Of a DNA stretch of 64,000 bases, positions 35,957 to 46,483 are shown piece after piece. Each line of letters starts with the position of its first letter. Within the stretch, counting starts at the first letter, position 1. Where the stretch lies: NCBI GenBank assembly GCA_963698075.1, contig OY969116.1:189492-253491 (forward strand). Reading direction: 5' to 3'. The notes beneath the pieces were generated by a model. That model was given only the letters and a program-made list of their open reading frames with translations, had not been told where the DNA came from and made no database searches. The DNA is from an uncultured Candidatus Berkelbacteria bacterium (GTDB lineage: Bacteria > Patescibacteriota > UBA1384 > UBA12157 > JAENIV01). The position numbers and the translations under genes are program-made.

Positions 35957-36763
35957 ATGTTCCAACACATGCAAAAAATTTGGATTTTATTCTTGGTTTT
36001 TGGACTTATGGTTCTCTCTGGTGCGGCTTATCTTTTTTCTGGTACAAAAAACGTTTTGGCCGCCCCCCATGTAGGTGACGGCGTTGATTTACACGTTACG
36101 GCCCTCGGCAGTGCCGATAACGGGGCTACTTGGCATAATTATAATGGGACCGAGAACCCTCAATGGGAAACATTGACTGTCGCTCCCGGAGCGACGATTA
36201 GATTTGCAATTTTTGTTTTTGGCGTTGATCAATCGGTGGCGGCGGCAAATGTTAAAATTGAAGGTAATGTTAATTTAACCGATCCTACCTACATCACTGG
36301 TTTACGTGTTGACTTTCCAGATGCAGATCTTGATGACAATGCTTTTATTGGCTTTACTTTCCGCGGCGGCGGTGAGGGCACCGTGGCCCAAGTTCTACCC
36401 GGAAATCTCAATACGCAAATATTAGTGGGTACATTTCAGCTTTCCAACTATTTTCCCCTTGGTCAAACAATCTTACTTGGTCATGTGGACATCACCGACT
36501 ATACACCAATAGTTGGGGGTTATCATCCGTTAAAAAACCTTCGTCAAGCCTTAGGTATTAAGACTGCCCGAGCCGAAGGGGTTGGTCGTTTTTCAGACAT
36601 TAGGATTGTTGTCAATGGCAATGGAATACTTCATGGGACGACTCAAGCGACTCCCACGCCGACGCCAACATCAACAGTCTCACCTGCCAGCCAAATCACC
36701 AATCTTCCTCAAACCGGTGGGGGCATTCTTGATAATTTGTCAAGATTTTTAAGATTATATTAA
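35957..36763 (+). CDS. secreted protein with C-terminal LPQTG motif (paralog of 33240..33986)
   Basis: GVDLHVTALGSADNGATWHN... and the C-terminus ...NLPQTGGGILDNLSRFLRLY*. Confidence 0.6.
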   Translation: MFQHMQKIWILFLVFGLMVLSGAAYLFSGTKNVLAAPHVGDGVDLHVTALGSADNGATWHNYNGTENPQWETLTVAPGATIRFAIFVFGVDQSVAAANVKIEGNVNLTDPTYITGLRVDFPDADLDDNAFIGFTFRGGGEGTVAQVLPGNLNTQILVGTFQLSNYFPLGQTILLGHVDITDYTPIVGGYHPLKNLRQALGIKTARAEGVGRFSDIRIVVNGNGILHGTTQATPTPTPTSTVSPASQITNLPQTGGGILDNLSRFLRLY

Positions 36764-36783
36764 AGAGATACTCAATCTTTTCT

Positions 36784-37041
36784 TTGACTAGAGCTGGTAA
36801 GCCAATTAAAGGAGGTTTGATGAGAAAAGTGTTACTTTGGGGAGGGCTTGTTGGGACGATCGTTTTTTTTGCTTTTGCTTTTTTGGCCGGCGCCAGCAAC
36901 AATGGCAAGGCCATCTTGCCAGGAATCTACGGCACCAGCGGTCTGATGTGGGCCTTTTTTGCCGTCATTACCTTAATCCTATTCATCATCGGTTTGATTA
37001 TGGTGATTGTTAATGCCATCAAAAATCGAAATAGTCAATGA
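36784..37041 (+). CDS. small membrane protein (2 TM)
   Basis: Hydrophobic 85-aa ORF; probable start MRKVLLWGG. Confidence 0.4.
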   Translation: MTRAGKPIKGGLMRKVLLWGGLVGTIVFFAFAFLAGASNNGKAILPGIYGTSGLMWAFFAVITLILFIIGLIMVIVNAIKNRNSQ

Positions 37042-37508
37042 AAAACATCATTATTGCGATTTTGGTTTTGATCATTGTTGGTGTTGCCGGGTGGGGTTTT
37101 TATCAAGGATACAAAGTAAAATCTTACGCCAAGGAAATTAAGGGCATCATCGACCAAAGTACAAGTAAATGGACATATAACCAAATTACTATCAAGGGTT
37201 ATAATAGTAAGGCGGAGATGGAGACTGACGCCAATTTAGTCGTTAGCGATTCGAAAGAACAATTAGCCAAATTAGACAAATTAAACTTTTCTTCAAAAAC
37301 CGCTGCTCTCGAGCAAAAAACAAAAGATTATTTTAATACTGCTGTTATCGCCGGCCAAAAAGCCCAGGAACTATTGAAAACCAATGCTTTTACGGATCTA
37401 ATTTCAACCCCGTTAGTGACTGCCGAGCAAGAAACTATTTTACAAACTTATCCTGACCAAATCAAATCCGAAGCGCAAAACCTACAAAAAACTATTTTTA
37501 CTTTTTAA
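37038..37508 (+). CDS. membrane-anchored hypothetical protein
   Basis: N-terminal TM and a coiled-coil-like body. Confidence 0.45.
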   Translation: MKNIIIAILVLIIVGVAGWGFYQGYKVKSYAKEIKGIIDQSTSKWTYNQITIKGYNSKAEMETDANLVVSDSKEQLAKLDKLNFSSKTAALEQKTKDYFNTAVIAGQKAQELLKTNAFTDLISTPLVTAEQETILQTYPDQIKSEAQNLQKTIFTF

Positions 37509-37524
37509 TCAAAGCGAGTACTAT

Positions 37525-37938
37525 TTACTTTTTCGAGAACTCAAAAATTTTTCGCGATAATTTAACCTCGCGGAAAATGTATTTTTTTTGCGGTTTGACA
37601 TCAGCTAAAATTTTAATTGGCAAATTAGCGTCCGTAATTAGCTTCTTTTCTAAGAGTGCTTTGATATCAATCCTTTCCCCATCTTTGAAATTTTTCTCTA
37701 ATGTTGACAATTTGACGATTTGGGGCTTAAGATTTCGGCTACGAAAGCCCTTAGCCTTGGGTATTCGCTGAATCCAGGGCATTTGGCCACCTTCAAAACG
37801 CCGGGGAATGTTGTAACCAGCTCGGGATTTTTGTCCCTTGGTCCCTCGACCGGCAGTGGTCCCCCGTCCGGAACCCGACCCTCGGCCCAACCTCTTTGCT
37901 TTTCGAGTTCTAATTTTTACCACTTGGTTTAATTTCAT
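37525..37938 (-). CDS. rplO: ribosomal protein L15
   Basis: [27 protein letters not shown]. Confidence 0.9.
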   Translation of the reverse strand: MKLNQVVKIRTRKAKRLGRGSGSGRGTTAGRGTKGQKSRAGYNIPRRFEGGQMPWIQRIPKAKGFRSRNLKPQIVKLSTLEKNFKDGERIDIKALLEKKLITDANLPIKILADVKPQKKYIFREVKLSRKIFEFSKK

Positions 37939-38405
37939 CTGACCTCGCCTCGGGAAATGCGCTTTAAAGCTTCCATCGTCGCCTTAGCATTGTTGATTTT
38001 ATTGGCTGTCCCCAGAATTTTGGCAACAATATTTTTAATGCCCGCCAAATCGGCAATCGTTCTGATCGTGCCGCCGGCGACAATTGAAGTTCCTGGTCTG
38101 GCCGGTTTCAAAATTAAATGGGCCGATCCCATTTTAATATCGATGCGATTAGGAATCGTTCCATTGACAATTTTTACCTCAATCATATTTTTTTGGGCAA
38201 ATTTAGAAGCTTTAGCCACCGCATCAACGACTTCAGCAGCTTTACCAATGCCCATACCGACTTTGCCGGCGCGGTTACCCATAATCACCAGTGCCCGGAA
38301 GCGGATTCTTTTGCCTCCAGCCACCGTGCGGGCGACCCGATCAACTTGTAAAACCCGTTTTTCAAATTCGCTTTTTTCTTCTTGACGTCTCGGACGATAA
38401 TCCAT
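37935..38405 (-). CDS. rpsE: ribosomal protein S5
   Basis: S5 dsRBD plus C-terminal domain; operon order. Confidence 0.9.
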   Translation of the reverse strand: MDYRPRRQEEKSEFEKRVLQVDRVARTVAGGKRIRFRALVIMGNRAGKVGMGIGKAAEVVDAVAKASKFAQKNMIEVKIVNGTIPNRIDIKMGSAHLILKPARPGTSIVAGGTIRTIADLAGIKNIVAKILGTANKINNAKATMEALKRISRGEVR

Positions 38406-38714
38406 TTAAAACTCCAAACCTTCTTTTCTTAAATCTTCAGCGATTTTTTTAATTTGGCCATGATATTTGTAACCCGCGCGGTCAAAAACGACTTTTTTGA
38501 TTTTTTTCGTCTTAAGCGCTTTAACAAATTTAGTCGCGATTGTCTCTTTATCTTTCAAAGTAGAAGCTGAAGCCAATGTCGTTTGCTTTTCATCATCAAT
38601 TGCCTGCAAATAAAGATATTTATTGGATCGATATACCGCTATTCGTGGCCGCTCAGCGGTCCCGAAAATCTTGGCTCTGATTCTTAATTTTCTTTTTAAC
38701 ATTCCGGGTTTCAT
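38406..38714 (-). CDS. rplR: ribosomal protein L18
   Basis: [18 protein letters not shown]. Confidence 0.85.
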   Translation of the reverse strand: MKPGMLKRKLRIRAKIFGTAERPRIAVYRSNKYLYLQAIDDEKQTTLASASTLKDKETIATKFVKALKTKKIKKVVFDRAGYKYHGQIKKIAEDLRKEGLEF

Positions 38715-39265
38715 TGGGTCGCTCCAATGGCCGCTTTGGCCGCTTTACCCGGCTTGCGCCGCGGGATTTCCTCAAGATATTTAATGCCCTTTCCCTTATA
38801 AGGTTCGACTGGTTTTGCCGCTCTGATTTGGGCCGCTATTTGACCGACTTTTTGGGCATCAATACCTGAAACCGTAATTATATTTTTTTCGACTTTAAAT
38901 TCGATTTTGTCCGGAGCTTTTATTTCCACCGGGTGGGAAAAACCGACGTGCAAAACGAGCTTATCATCAGTTGCTTCCGCCCGAAAACCAACCCCTTTAA
39001 AATCAAGTTGCCTTACAAAACCAACGCTGACCCCTTGAATCATGTTGGCAATCAAAGCGCGAATCAGGCCGTGAAGCGAGCGGGTGTAGTTTCCGTGTCT
39101 TAAGCGCGTCACTTCTATTTGGGATCCCGAAACTTTGACGACAATATTTTTGGGAATTTTTAATTCTAGCTCACCCTTGGGGCCAATAGCTTTAATTGAA
39201 TCAGCGTCAAGTTCAACCTTGACGCCTGCCGGAATATTAATTTTTTGGATCCCAATTTTTGACAT
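38711..39265 (-). CDS. rplF: ribosomal protein L6
   Basis: [17 protein letters not shown]...; two L6 repeats. Confidence 0.9.
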   Translation of the reverse strand: MSKIGIQKINIPAGVKVELDADSIKAIGPKGELELKIPKNIVVKVSGSQIEVTRLRHGNYTRSLHGLIRALIANMIQGVSVGFVRQLDFKGVGFRAEATDDKLVLHVGFSHPVEIKAPDKIEFKVEKNIITVSGIDAQKVGQIAAQIRAAKPVEPYKGKGIKYLEEIPRRKPGKAAKAAIGATQ

Positions 39266-39658
39266 TTAGACCACCTCACCGATGAATTCCCCGCCTAAAC
39301 CCTTTTTTCGAGCTTCTTCTCCAGTCATCATCCCTTCGGAGGTCGAAAAAATCAAGAGACCCTTAGGGCTTTTCGGTCGCGGGATTCGCCCGTTTGAAGC
39401 ATAGACTCTTCGACCCGGACAACTGATCCTTTTGATTTGCATTCTTTGCGACGATTGTTCGGAAAGCTTTATTTCGATTTTTTTAGCCGCTGGCCGGTTT
39501 TTATCATCAATTTGGCGAAAACTATTGATTTTATGACTTCGCTGTAAAATATCTAAAATAGCCATTTTCACTTTGGAGAAGTGAACAGAAACTGTGTCTT
39601 TGCCAGCATTTTGGGCGTTTTGAATTTGGACAAACATTTCCGCAATTGGATCAGTCAT
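39266..39658 (-). CDS. rpsH: ribosomal protein S8
   Basis: MTDPIAEMFVQIQNAQNAGK. Confidence 0.9.
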   Translation of the reverse strand: MTDPIAEMFVQIQNAQNAGKDTVSVHFSKVKMAILDILQRSHKINSFRQIDDKNRPAAKKIEIKLSEQSSQRMQIKRISCPGRRVYASNGRIPRPKSPKGLLIFSTSEGMMTGEEARKKGLGGEFIGEVV

Positions 39659-39667
39659 TTAATCTCC

Positions 39668-39868
39668 TTACCATGATGATTTTGTAATCCCAGGTATTTG
39701 ACCACGACTGGCTAATTCACGAAAACAAATTCGACAAATGCCAAATTTTCTCAAATAGCCTCGTCTTCGACCGCACCTCGTGCAACGTCTCACTACCCTA
39801 GTTGAAAATTTTGGTTTTCTTTTGGCTCTTTCAATCTGCGATACTTTAGCCACGTTCGCTCCTTTCAA
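39668..39868 (-). CDS. rpsN: ribosomal protein S14 (Z-type, zinc-binding)
   Basis: 61-66 aa with CTRCGRRRG...CRICFRELA (CxxC...CxxC). Confidence 0.85.
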   Translation of the reverse strand: MKGANVAKVSQIERAKRKPKFSTRVVRRCTRCGRRRGYLRKFGICRICFRELASRGQIPGITKSSW

Positions 39869-40388
39869 ACGGCAACCCCCAGGCCTTAAGGAGAGCTTTT
39901 CCTTCTTGGGCGTTTTTGGCGGTGGTGGTCATTGTGATTGCCAGACCAAACAAATTTTCCGCCTGTTCGGTGGAAATTTCCGGAAAAACTAGATGTTCGG
40001 CGATACCTAAAGTATAATTACCATTTTTATCGAAACTTGAGACTTTTAGCCCCCGAAAATCACGCATTCTGGGCAAGACAATATTGGCTAATTTAATCAC
40101 AAAATCTTCCATTCTTTGACCTCGGAGTGTTATTTGAAGTCCGACTTTATCACCCTGGCGAATCTTAAAACCGGCAATGGCTTGGCGGGCTCGACGGCTC
40201 GCTGGTTTTTGACCGGCCAGCGTCGCTAATGATTTTTCCACCTGCTCGATGTATCCCGGCTTAGCTTTATTTCTATCCACGCCAACATTGACGACCATTT
40301 TTTCGAGACGGGGCAAAGCTAAGGTATTTTTAATCCCCAACTCGCTTTTTAATTTTTCATTAACCTCTCGGCGCGAAATTTTAGGCAT
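39846..40388 (-). CDS. rplE: ribosomal protein L5
   Basis: L5 core; precedes rpsN and rpsH as in the spc operon. Confidence 0.9.
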   Translation of the reverse strand: MPKISRREVNEKLKSELGIKNTLALPRLEKMVVNVGVDRNKAKPGYIEQVEKSLATLAGQKPASRRARQAIAGFKIRQGDKVGLQITLRGQRMEDFVIKLANIVLPRMRDFRGLKVSSFDKNGNYTLGIAEHLVFPEISTEQAENLFGLAITMTTTAKNAQEGKALLKAWGLPFERSERG

Positions 40389-40692
40389 CTAAACTCTCCT
40401 TACACTGGCGACAAATGCGGATTTTTTTACCACTCGTCACTTTATAACCAATTCTTGATGGATGACTACAACGGGGACAAACGATGATCACATTTGAAGC
40501 GGAAATCGGCGATAGTTTATCGATGATCCCGCCATGGGGATTTTTACGAGATGGTTTTAAATGATGCTTGCTAATATTGATTCCTGTCACCATCACTTTG
40601 TCCATTTTCGGTAAAACTTTTTCGATTCGGCCACGCTTACCGCGATCCTTGCCGGAAATTATTAAAACATTGTCACCTTTTTTTAACTTCAC
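40381..40692 (-). CDS. rplX: ribosomal protein L24
   Basis: KOW motif [23 protein letters not shown]. Confidence 0.9.
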   Translation of the reverse strand: MKLKKGDNVLIISGKDRGKRGRIEKVLPKMDKVMVTGINISKHHLKPSRKNPHGGIIDKLSPISASNVIIVCPRCSHPSRIGYKVTSGKKIRICRQCKESLDA

Positions 40693-41057
40693 CAGACCTC
40701 CGTCGCCATTGAGATAATTTTAGCGAAACCCGCGTCTCGTAACTCTCGGGTCACTGGTCCGAAAATTCTTGTTCCGCGCGGGGTTTTGTCAGGATTGATT
40801 AAGACCACCGCGTTGTCATCGAATCTAATCGTCGTCCCATCATGGCGCTTGAGCGGACTCTTTTGCCTGACAATTACCCCCCGAACGACCTCTTTTTTCT
40901 TAACCGCGGAGTGAGGAGCAGCGATTTTGACGGCACCAACAATAATATCGCCGATTTTTAAGGCATCTTTTTTGGCCGCCGAAAGGCCACGAATCACCAT
41001 CACTTCCTTTGCTCCAGAATTATCGGCCACTTTTAAACGGGTGTAGCTTTGAATCAT
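40689..41057 (-). CDS. rplN: ribosomal protein L14
   Basis: [22 protein letters not shown]; start at the internal Met of the longer ORF. Confidence 0.9.
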   Translation of the reverse strand: MIQSYTRLKVADNSGAKEVMVIRGLSAAKKDALKIGDIIVGAVKIAAPHSAVKKKEVVRGVIVRQKSPLKRHDGTTIRFDDNAVVLINPDKTPRGTRIFGPVTRELRDAGFAKIISMATEVW

Positions 41058-41308
41058 TTTGTCTTTATCATGCTCCGCACTTTCCAAGATTTCTTTTTAC
41101 TCAAAGGTCTTGTCTCGAGGATTTCCACGACCTGGCCCTTTTTAATTGGGTGGGCGGTATGGACCAAATATTTTCTGGCGGTCCAATATCTTTTTTGATA
41201 AAGCCGCTGAATTTTGATTTTGGCCACCAACACTGGAACCGTGTTATTGATACTATCGCGCAAAGCGGTGCCTTTTAAAACCCTTTGAATAATTTTCTTA
41301 TTTGGCAT
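41054..41308 (-). CDS. rpsQ: ribosomal protein S17
   Basis: OB fold, KRVLKGTA...; order. Confidence 0.85.
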   Translation of the reverse strand: MPNKKIIQRVLKGTALRDSINNTVPVLVAKIKIQRLYQKRYWTARKYLVHTAHPIKKGQVVEILETRPLSKKKSWKVRSMIKTK

Positions 41309-41543
41309 TTTTTACCTCGGAAATTTTTTCTTTGTCTAATTCTTCAATTGTCCTCTCAGAAAGAATCGTCCAAATCCAAGCAATTTTTTTACGCATCGCC
41401 CCGATTTCTTGATAGTTTTTAAGCTTACGAAAACTGGCCTTGAATCGCAACTCAATAATTTGCCGCTCGGCTTGGGCTAATTCGGAAAACAAGGTTTTAT
41501 TATCTTTGCTTCTTAATTCTTTGATTAATAATTTCTTTTTCAT
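41298..41543 (-). CDS. rpmC: ribosomal protein L29
   Basis: Small helical ORF between rplP and rpsQ. Confidence 0.8.
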   Translation of the reverse strand: MKKKLLIKELRSKDNKTLFSELAQAERQIIELRFKASFRKLKNYQEIGAMRKKIAWIWTILSERTIEELDKEKISEVKNAK

Positions 41544-41947
41544 TGTCTTTTCACAAATTTGGTGGGGATATTTAATTTATAACTGGCCAATCTCAAGGCC
41601 TCGCGAGCAATATTTTCATTGACCCCGCCCATCTCAAAGAGAATTCTTCCCGGGGTAACCACGGCGACAAAGTGATCAAGGGTACCTTTTCCGCCACCCA
41701 TGCCCGTTTCCGCCGCGGTTTTGGTCACTGGTTTATCAGGGAAAATTCTCGTCCAGACTGCGCCGCCGCGGCGAATGTAATGGGTTATTGCCCGGCGGGC
41801 GGCCTCAATTTGACGAGCGCTCACCCAGGCACGACCAAGCGATTTCAAGCCATAATTACCAAAAGATAAGGTATAGCCGCGATTGGCCACGCCGCGCATT
41901 TTCCCTCGAGCGACTTTACGATGTTTTAATTTTCTGGGAATAAGCAT
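41540..41947 (-). CDS. rplP: ribosomal protein L16
   Basis: [19 protein letters not shown]. Confidence 0.9.
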   Translation of the reverse strand: MLIPRKLKHRKVARGKMRGVANRGYTLSFGNYGLKSLGRAWVSARQIEAARRAITHYIRRGGAVWTRIFPDKPVTKTAAETGMGGGKGTLDHFVAVVTPGRILFEMGGVNENIAREALRLASYKLNIPTKFVKRQ

Positions 41948-41949
41948 CT

Positions 41950-42651
41950 TTAACCTTCAGATTCTTGCTCTAATTTATCACCCTTGTAAATCCAAACTTT
42001 GACGCCGATGATTCCATAGGTGGTCAAAGCATTAACCTGGGCAAAATCAATGTCCGCTCTGAGTCTTCCCAAAGGAACCGAACCAGCCCCATAATGCTCA
42101 CGGCGAGCAATTTCGGCGCCGCCGAGACGGCCGGCGACTGCAATTTTGACGCCTTTGGCTTTGGCCTCCATCGCTCTAGTGATTGCTTGTTTGATCGCCC
42201 GTTTGTAGGCAATTCTTTTTTCAATTTGTAAGGACACTTGTTGGGCAACGATTTCGGCGGAAAGCTCAGGATTTTTAATCTCCATGATTTCGATTTCGAT
42301 TTTTTTGGCGGCCAAACCGGTCTTGGGATTTCTAAGTTTGGCGCTATTACGGATTAAATAAAGCTTTAAATCATTGATTCCCTGCCCGCTTCGACCGATT
42401 AAAATACCCGGTTTGGAAGTGTGAATAATAACTTTGATGGTGTCTTGTGATCTAACAATTTCCACTTTCGCCACGCCGGCGGTTTTACCGAAACGTTTGG
42501 CTAAAATTTTTCTAATTTCAATATCTTCACCCAGATTTTGGGCAAAATCACGCTTGCCAAACCATTTTGACTGCCAGTCCTTGTTTAACTGGAGTCGGAA
42601 ACTAACGGGATTAACCTTATGACCCACGATACGCTCCCTTCGGTCGCTCAA
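41950..42651 (-). CDS. rpsC: ribosomal protein S3
   Basis: KH domain plus S3 C-terminal domain; [11 protein letters not shown]. Confidence 0.9.
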   Translation of the reverse strand: MSDRRERIVGHKVNPVSFRLQLNKDWQSKWFGKRDFAQNLGEDIEIRKILAKRFGKTAGVAKVEIVRSQDTIKVIIHTSKPGILIGRSGQGINDLKLYLIRNSAKLRNPKTGLAAKKIEIEIMEIKNPELSAEIVAQQVSLQIEKRIAYKRAIKQAITRAMEAKAKGVKIAVAGRLGGAEIARREHYGAGSVPLGRLRADIDFAQVNALTTYGIIGVKVWIYKGDKLEQESEG

Positions 42652-43060
42652 TTTTTACTTTTTCGCTTTTAGCTTTTAGTTTAGGTTGTTCTGAAAGAAC
42701 AACCGTAATATGGGACATTCTTTTTAAGATAGTTGTTGCCCGCCCTCGATGAATAATTCGTCGTCTTTTCAATTTAGGGCCTTCGTCAACAATAATATTT
42801 CTAATCCAAATTTGATCATAATTTTTGTCCTTGGCCTGCGTAAGTCCATTCTTTAAAACCAGCTCCAAGGGCCTCGTCGCCGCCCGGGGAATAAACTTCA
42901 AGATATTTAAGGCGGTCTCCAATTCTTGACTGATAAGCTTCTCCGCGACTAACCTTATTTTACGCGGCGGAATTCTGACAAAGCGACTTTTAACCACTAA
43001 ATCCGGCTTTGGAGGTAAAGCGATATTTTTTGATTTTTTGATGGTTTTTATTTCTGCCAT
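42617..43060 (-). CDS. rplV: ribosomal protein L22
   Basis: Order between rpsS and rpsC; L22 fold with an N-terminal extension. Confidence 0.85.
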   Translation of the reverse strand: MAEIKTIKKSKNIALPPKPDLVVKSRFVRIPPRKIRLVAEKLISQELETALNILKFIPRAATRPLELVLKNGLTQAKDKNYDQIWIRNIIVDEGPKLKRRRIIHRGRATTILKRMSHITVVLSEQPKLKAKSEKVKIERPKGAYRGS

Positions 43061-43072
43061 GGTATTTATTTA

Positions 43073-43429
43073 TTATTTCTTTTCTTCACCCGGCCGGGTT
43101 GGGGGCGTCTCTTGAGCTTGCTGAACCGATTGGGCTACTTTCTGGGCTTCAGCTTGTTCCTCTTCGCGGGCGATGCGACCACCATGTTTTATAAATTTTC
43201 TGGTCGGGGCGAATTCGCCCAATTTATGACCAACCATATCTTCAACTATCAATACCGGGATGTGTTCTCGACCATTATGAATTCCAATTCTAAAGCCAAC
43301 CATTTCTGGCGAAATCACCGAATTCCTTGCCCAGGTTTTAACCACGGTTTGATCGCCTTTTTTTATCTTGGCCAATTTCTTGATTAAATTTTCATCCAAA
43401 TACGGACCTTTTTTAAGTGAACGTGACAT
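43073..43429 (-). CDS. rpsS: ribosomal protein S19
   Basis: [18 protein letters not shown]...[13 protein letters not shown]. Confidence 0.9.
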   Translation of the reverse strand: MSRSLKKGPYLDENLIKKLAKIKKGDQTVVKTWARNSVISPEMVGFRIGIHNGREHIPVLIVEDMVGHKLGEFAPTRKFIKHGGRIAREEEQAEAQKVAQSVQQAQETPPTRPGEEKK

Positions 43430-43560
43430 TTTATTCCTTATTTATGTGGCCGCAGGGGATGTGTCTTCGCGAAGTGCCGGCGTCCCGAATCGCCGAAGGC
43501 GAATTCGAGACAGGGCTGGAGTGGGTGGCCGAGAGCGAAGGCACGACCCGAGGCCATTCA
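43430..43560. repeat. GC-rich intergenic element, copy B (homolog of 46322-46483)
   Basis: Shares blocks GGGGATGTG, GCGAAGTGCCGG and GGGTGGCCGAGAGCGAAGGCACGACCCGAGGCCA with the tuf-rpsJ intergenic region. About 65 percent GC in an AT-rich operon. Confidence 0.6.
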
Positions 43561-44391
43561 TTATTTCTTTCTCCTCTGGACAATCATTTTATCAGAATAT
43601 TTGTGTTTTTTCCGGGTACGAACGCCTGAAGCGTGTTTGCCCCATGGCGTCTTGGGATATTTTAAGCCAATCGGATTAACTCCTTCGCCCCCGCCGTGCG
43701 GATGGGCGTCAGGATGCATCGCTTTGCCGCGAACTGACGGCCGAATTCCCATATGACGCTTTCTGCCAGCTTTACCTATCCGCTGAGCCGAATGACTAAT
43801 ATTAGAAACTTGACCGATGCTTGCCCAGCCATCTTTCGAAAGTCTCCGAACCTCGCCTGAAGGCATTTTGATATGAACCCAACTCCCTTCTTTGGCGACG
43901 ATTGAAGCCGAAGCGCCAGCTGAACGTACCAGCTTGCCACCTTGACCAGGTTTGACTTCCAGATCAAAAATCTCAATGCCATTCGGGATATTGGCCATCT
44001 TTATACGATTACCGGCTTTAATTTCACCCTTTTCTTGGGCGACAAGGTGTTCATCAACTTTTACCCCTTCCCAAGCAATCAAATACTTTTTTTCTTTATC
44101 TTCAAACTCCACCAAAACCACAAAGGCGGTGCGGCCGGGATCATATTCGATTTCTTTTACCTTGGCCTTGACTTCTTTCTTGGTCTCGAGTGAACCCAAA
44201 ATCCGATACTTACGCTTGCTACCACCACCTTGGTGTCTGATACTAATCTGACCAGTGTTATCTCGACCAGCCTGTCGGGTGATTTTTAAAACCAAACCTT
44301 TTTCAGGTTTTCTGCGGGTTAAAACCGAGAAATCAACGACTGACATTTTTCGGCGTCCCTGGGTTGTGGGTCTGTATTGTTTTAACATCAC
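43561..44391 (-). CDS. rplB: ribosomal protein L2
   Basis: 276 aa; ...GGGEGVNPIGLKYPKTPWGK.... Confidence 0.9.
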   Translation of the reverse strand: MMLKQYRPTTQGRRKMSVVDFSVLTRRKPEKGLVLKITRQAGRDNTGQISIRHQGGGSKRKYRILGSLETKKEVKAKVKEIEYDPGRTAFVVLVEFEDKEKKYLIAWEGVKVDEHLVAQEKGEIKAGNRIKMANIPNGIEIFDLEVKPGQGGKLVRSAGASASIVAKEGSWVHIKMPSGEVRRLSKDGWASIGQVSNISHSAQRIGKAGRKRHMGIRPSVRGKAMHPDAHPHGGGEGVNPIGLKYPKTPWGKHASGVRTRKKHKYSDKMIVQRRKK

Positions 44392-44666
44392 TTTTCCTCA
44401 AAGCCCGGAATTTTCTGACCTTTTTTTAAAGTGACAATTGCTTTCTTAAAAGGCTTGATTTTACTCCGATAACGACCTCTGGTTAATTTTTCTTCGCCGG
44501 GATTATGGATCATATTCACCTTGATGACTTTAACCTTGTACATCTCTCCGATTGCTTGGGCGACCTGGGCTTTGTTGGCCAGAGGGTGAATTTTAAAAAC
44601 ATATTTGCTCTGCTGGCTCATGCCGATCGCTTTTTCCGAAATTTTCGGTTCAATTAAGACTTGCAT
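44388..44666 (-). CDS. rplW: ribosomal protein L23
   Basis: Order between rplD and rplB. Confidence 0.85.
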   Translation of the reverse strand: MQVLIEPKISEKAIGMSQQSKYVFKIHPLANKAQVAQAIGEMYKVKVIKVNMIHNPGEEKLTRGRYRSKIKPFKKAIVTLKKGQKIPGFEEK

Positions 44667-45280
44667 TTTTCCTCGATTGCTTCTAAACTTTCTTTGTCAG
44701 TCACCAGATAATCGTAATTTAAGATATCAATTAAGGTAAGACCGGAAACAGGAACCGTCTTAACATAAGGCAGGTTCGCGCTCGCCAGCTCTAAATTGAC
44801 ATTCGTTTTCGAAATGGCAATGAGAATACTGCCTTCCTGGATTGGTAATTTCTCCAAGAAACTTTGAACCTCGCGAGTTTTGGGCTCTTTTAATTCCAAC
44901 TTCGAAATCACAATGAGACGGTTATTTTTGATTCTGTCTGACAATGCCATTCTTAAGGCCGACTTGGCCATCTTTTGAGAAATTCTTTTGGAAAAATTAC
45001 GATTATTTCGCGGACCAAAAACCACCCCGCCGCCTACCCAAAGCGGAGAGCGATTCGAACCAGCGCGAGCGTTACCGGTGCCTTTTTGGCGAAAAGGCTT
45101 GCGACCGCCGCCAGAAACCTCGCTTCTATCTTTAGTATGAGCGATGGCGCGGCGGCGATTAGCTAACTGTCCTTGAACTACTTGGGCAAGAAGTTTTGGG
45201 TTTTCAGCCACTTTAAAAATCTTATCCTCAATTTCAATTGTTTGCCCTGATTTACTAGCGGGATATATCTTAAGCTTCAT
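44654..45280 (-). CDS. rplD: ribosomal protein L4
   Basis: 208 aa; order. Confidence 0.9.
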   Translation of the reverse strand: MKLKIYPASKSGQTIEIEDKIFKVAENPKLLAQVVQGQLANRRRAIAHTKDRSEVSGGGRKPFRQKGTGNARAGSNRSPLWVGGGVVFGPRNNRNFSKRISQKMAKSALRMALSDRIKNNRLIVISKLELKEPKTREVQSFLEKLPIQEGSILIAISKTNVNLELASANLPYVKTVPVSGLTLIDILNYDYLVTDKESLEAIEEKCKS

Positions 45281-45872
45281 TTTGACTCCAAAGTTTTACC
45301 CAAGAATTTTTTGCTCCCGGCACTGCGCCTTTGATAAAGATTAATGATTTTTCGGGGTCTATTTTGATAATTTCGAGTTTTTTGATGGTCTTTTTTTGAT
45401 TGCCTAAATGACCGGCCATGCGGCGGCCTTTAATCACCCGTTGGGGAAACATTGATCCGATTGAGCCAGGTTGGCGATAATTATTGGATCCATGAGTCTT
45501 GGGACCTAGTGTAAATCCGTGGCGCTTGACGGTCCCAGCAAAACCCTTACCTTTGGATACGCCCGAAACATTGATTTTTTCTCCCTCCGCAAACAAATCA
45601 ACCTTGATTTGGGTACCAACCTGATGATTAGCAATCGTCTCTACCTCAAAGATTTTCTCCGGTCTCAATTTTAAACTCTCAAATTGACCCTTTTCGGATT
45701 TATTTAGTCGTTTTTTTTGACCAGCCGCTATTTGAATCCGGTTCTCCCTTTCGCCAGCCGTCACCCGGGTGACAGTATTGGTTTTTGCCTCAACTAAAGT
45801 AATCGGGATCTCGCGACCCTGTTTGTCAAATATTCTTGTCATTCCTAATTTTTTACCTAATATTGCACGCAT
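45270..45872 (-). CDS. rplC: ribosomal protein L3
   Basis: 200 aa; GMTRIFD motif. Confidence 0.9.
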   Translation of the reverse strand: MRAILGKKLGMTRIFDKQGREIPITLVEAKTNTVTRVTAGERENRIQIAAGQKKRLNKSEKGQFESLKLRPEKIFEVETIANHQVGTQIKVDLFAEGEKINVSGVSKGKGFAGTVKRHGFTLGPKTHGSNNYRQPGSIGSMFPQRVIKGRRMAGHLGNQKKTIKKLEIIKIDPEKSLIFIKGAVPGAKNSWVKLWSQNEA

Positions 45873-45958
45873 AAATACTCTTTATCCGGAAACGCCCCAC
45901 ACTCTAGCGAGACATTATCCTGACTACTTTCTGAACTAAATTATTACTTTTTACTTAC

Positions 45959-46321
45959 TTAGGTTTTAATCTCGATATCAACTCCGGCTGGCAAATCAAG
46001 ACTCATGAGTGAATCAATCGTTTTTGCCGAAGGATCATAAACATCAATTAATCTTTTATGAATCCGCATCTCGAACTGTTCCCGGGCGTCTTTGTGAACA
46101 AAGGTAGACTTTAGAACCGTCACCTTATTCTTTTCCGTTGGCAAAGGGATCGGGCCGGTGACAACCGCACCAGTTCTTTCGGCGGTTTCAATAATTTTGC
46201 GCGCCGATTTATCGATAATTCGATGATCATAGGCCTTAAGCCGAATGCGAATTTTCTGTTTGACTTCCGGTACCTCTTTTTTGGATACTGTGGATGTAGT
46301 TTTTGAAGTACTCTTTGGCAT
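45959..46321 (-). CDS. rpsJ: ribosomal protein S10 (N-terminally extended)
   Basis: [30 protein letters not shown]. Confidence 0.9.
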   Translation of the reverse strand: MPKSTSKTTSTVSKKEVPEVKQKIRIRLKAYDHRIIDKSARKIIETAERTGAVVTGPIPLPTEKNKVTVLKSTFVHKDAREQFEMRIHKRLIDVYDPSAKTIDSLMSLDLPAGVDIEIKT

Positions 46322-46483
46322 GTGAACGTTTTACGCCGAGGGGATGTGCCTGAGCGAAATGCCGGTCTCGATTACGCTCCGTCTTTGGCGAGTCACGCAT
46401 GAGCCAAAACGGAAGTAATCGAGTAGGTTGGCTAGGGTGGCTGAAAGCGAATGGCACGACCCGAGGCGATAATTTATCTAAAT
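46322..46483. repeat. GC-rich intergenic element, copy A (S10-leader position between tuf and rpsJ)
   Basis: Homologous to 43430-43560 (see copy B). Confidence 0.6.

Noticed and set aside
37957-38385. 142-aa plus-strand ORF within rpsE, and similar antisense ORFs in tuf (46761..47252), rplB, rpoB (60184..60717), rpoC and fusA
   Set aside because: All are antisense to strongly supported conserved genes with no independent signals.
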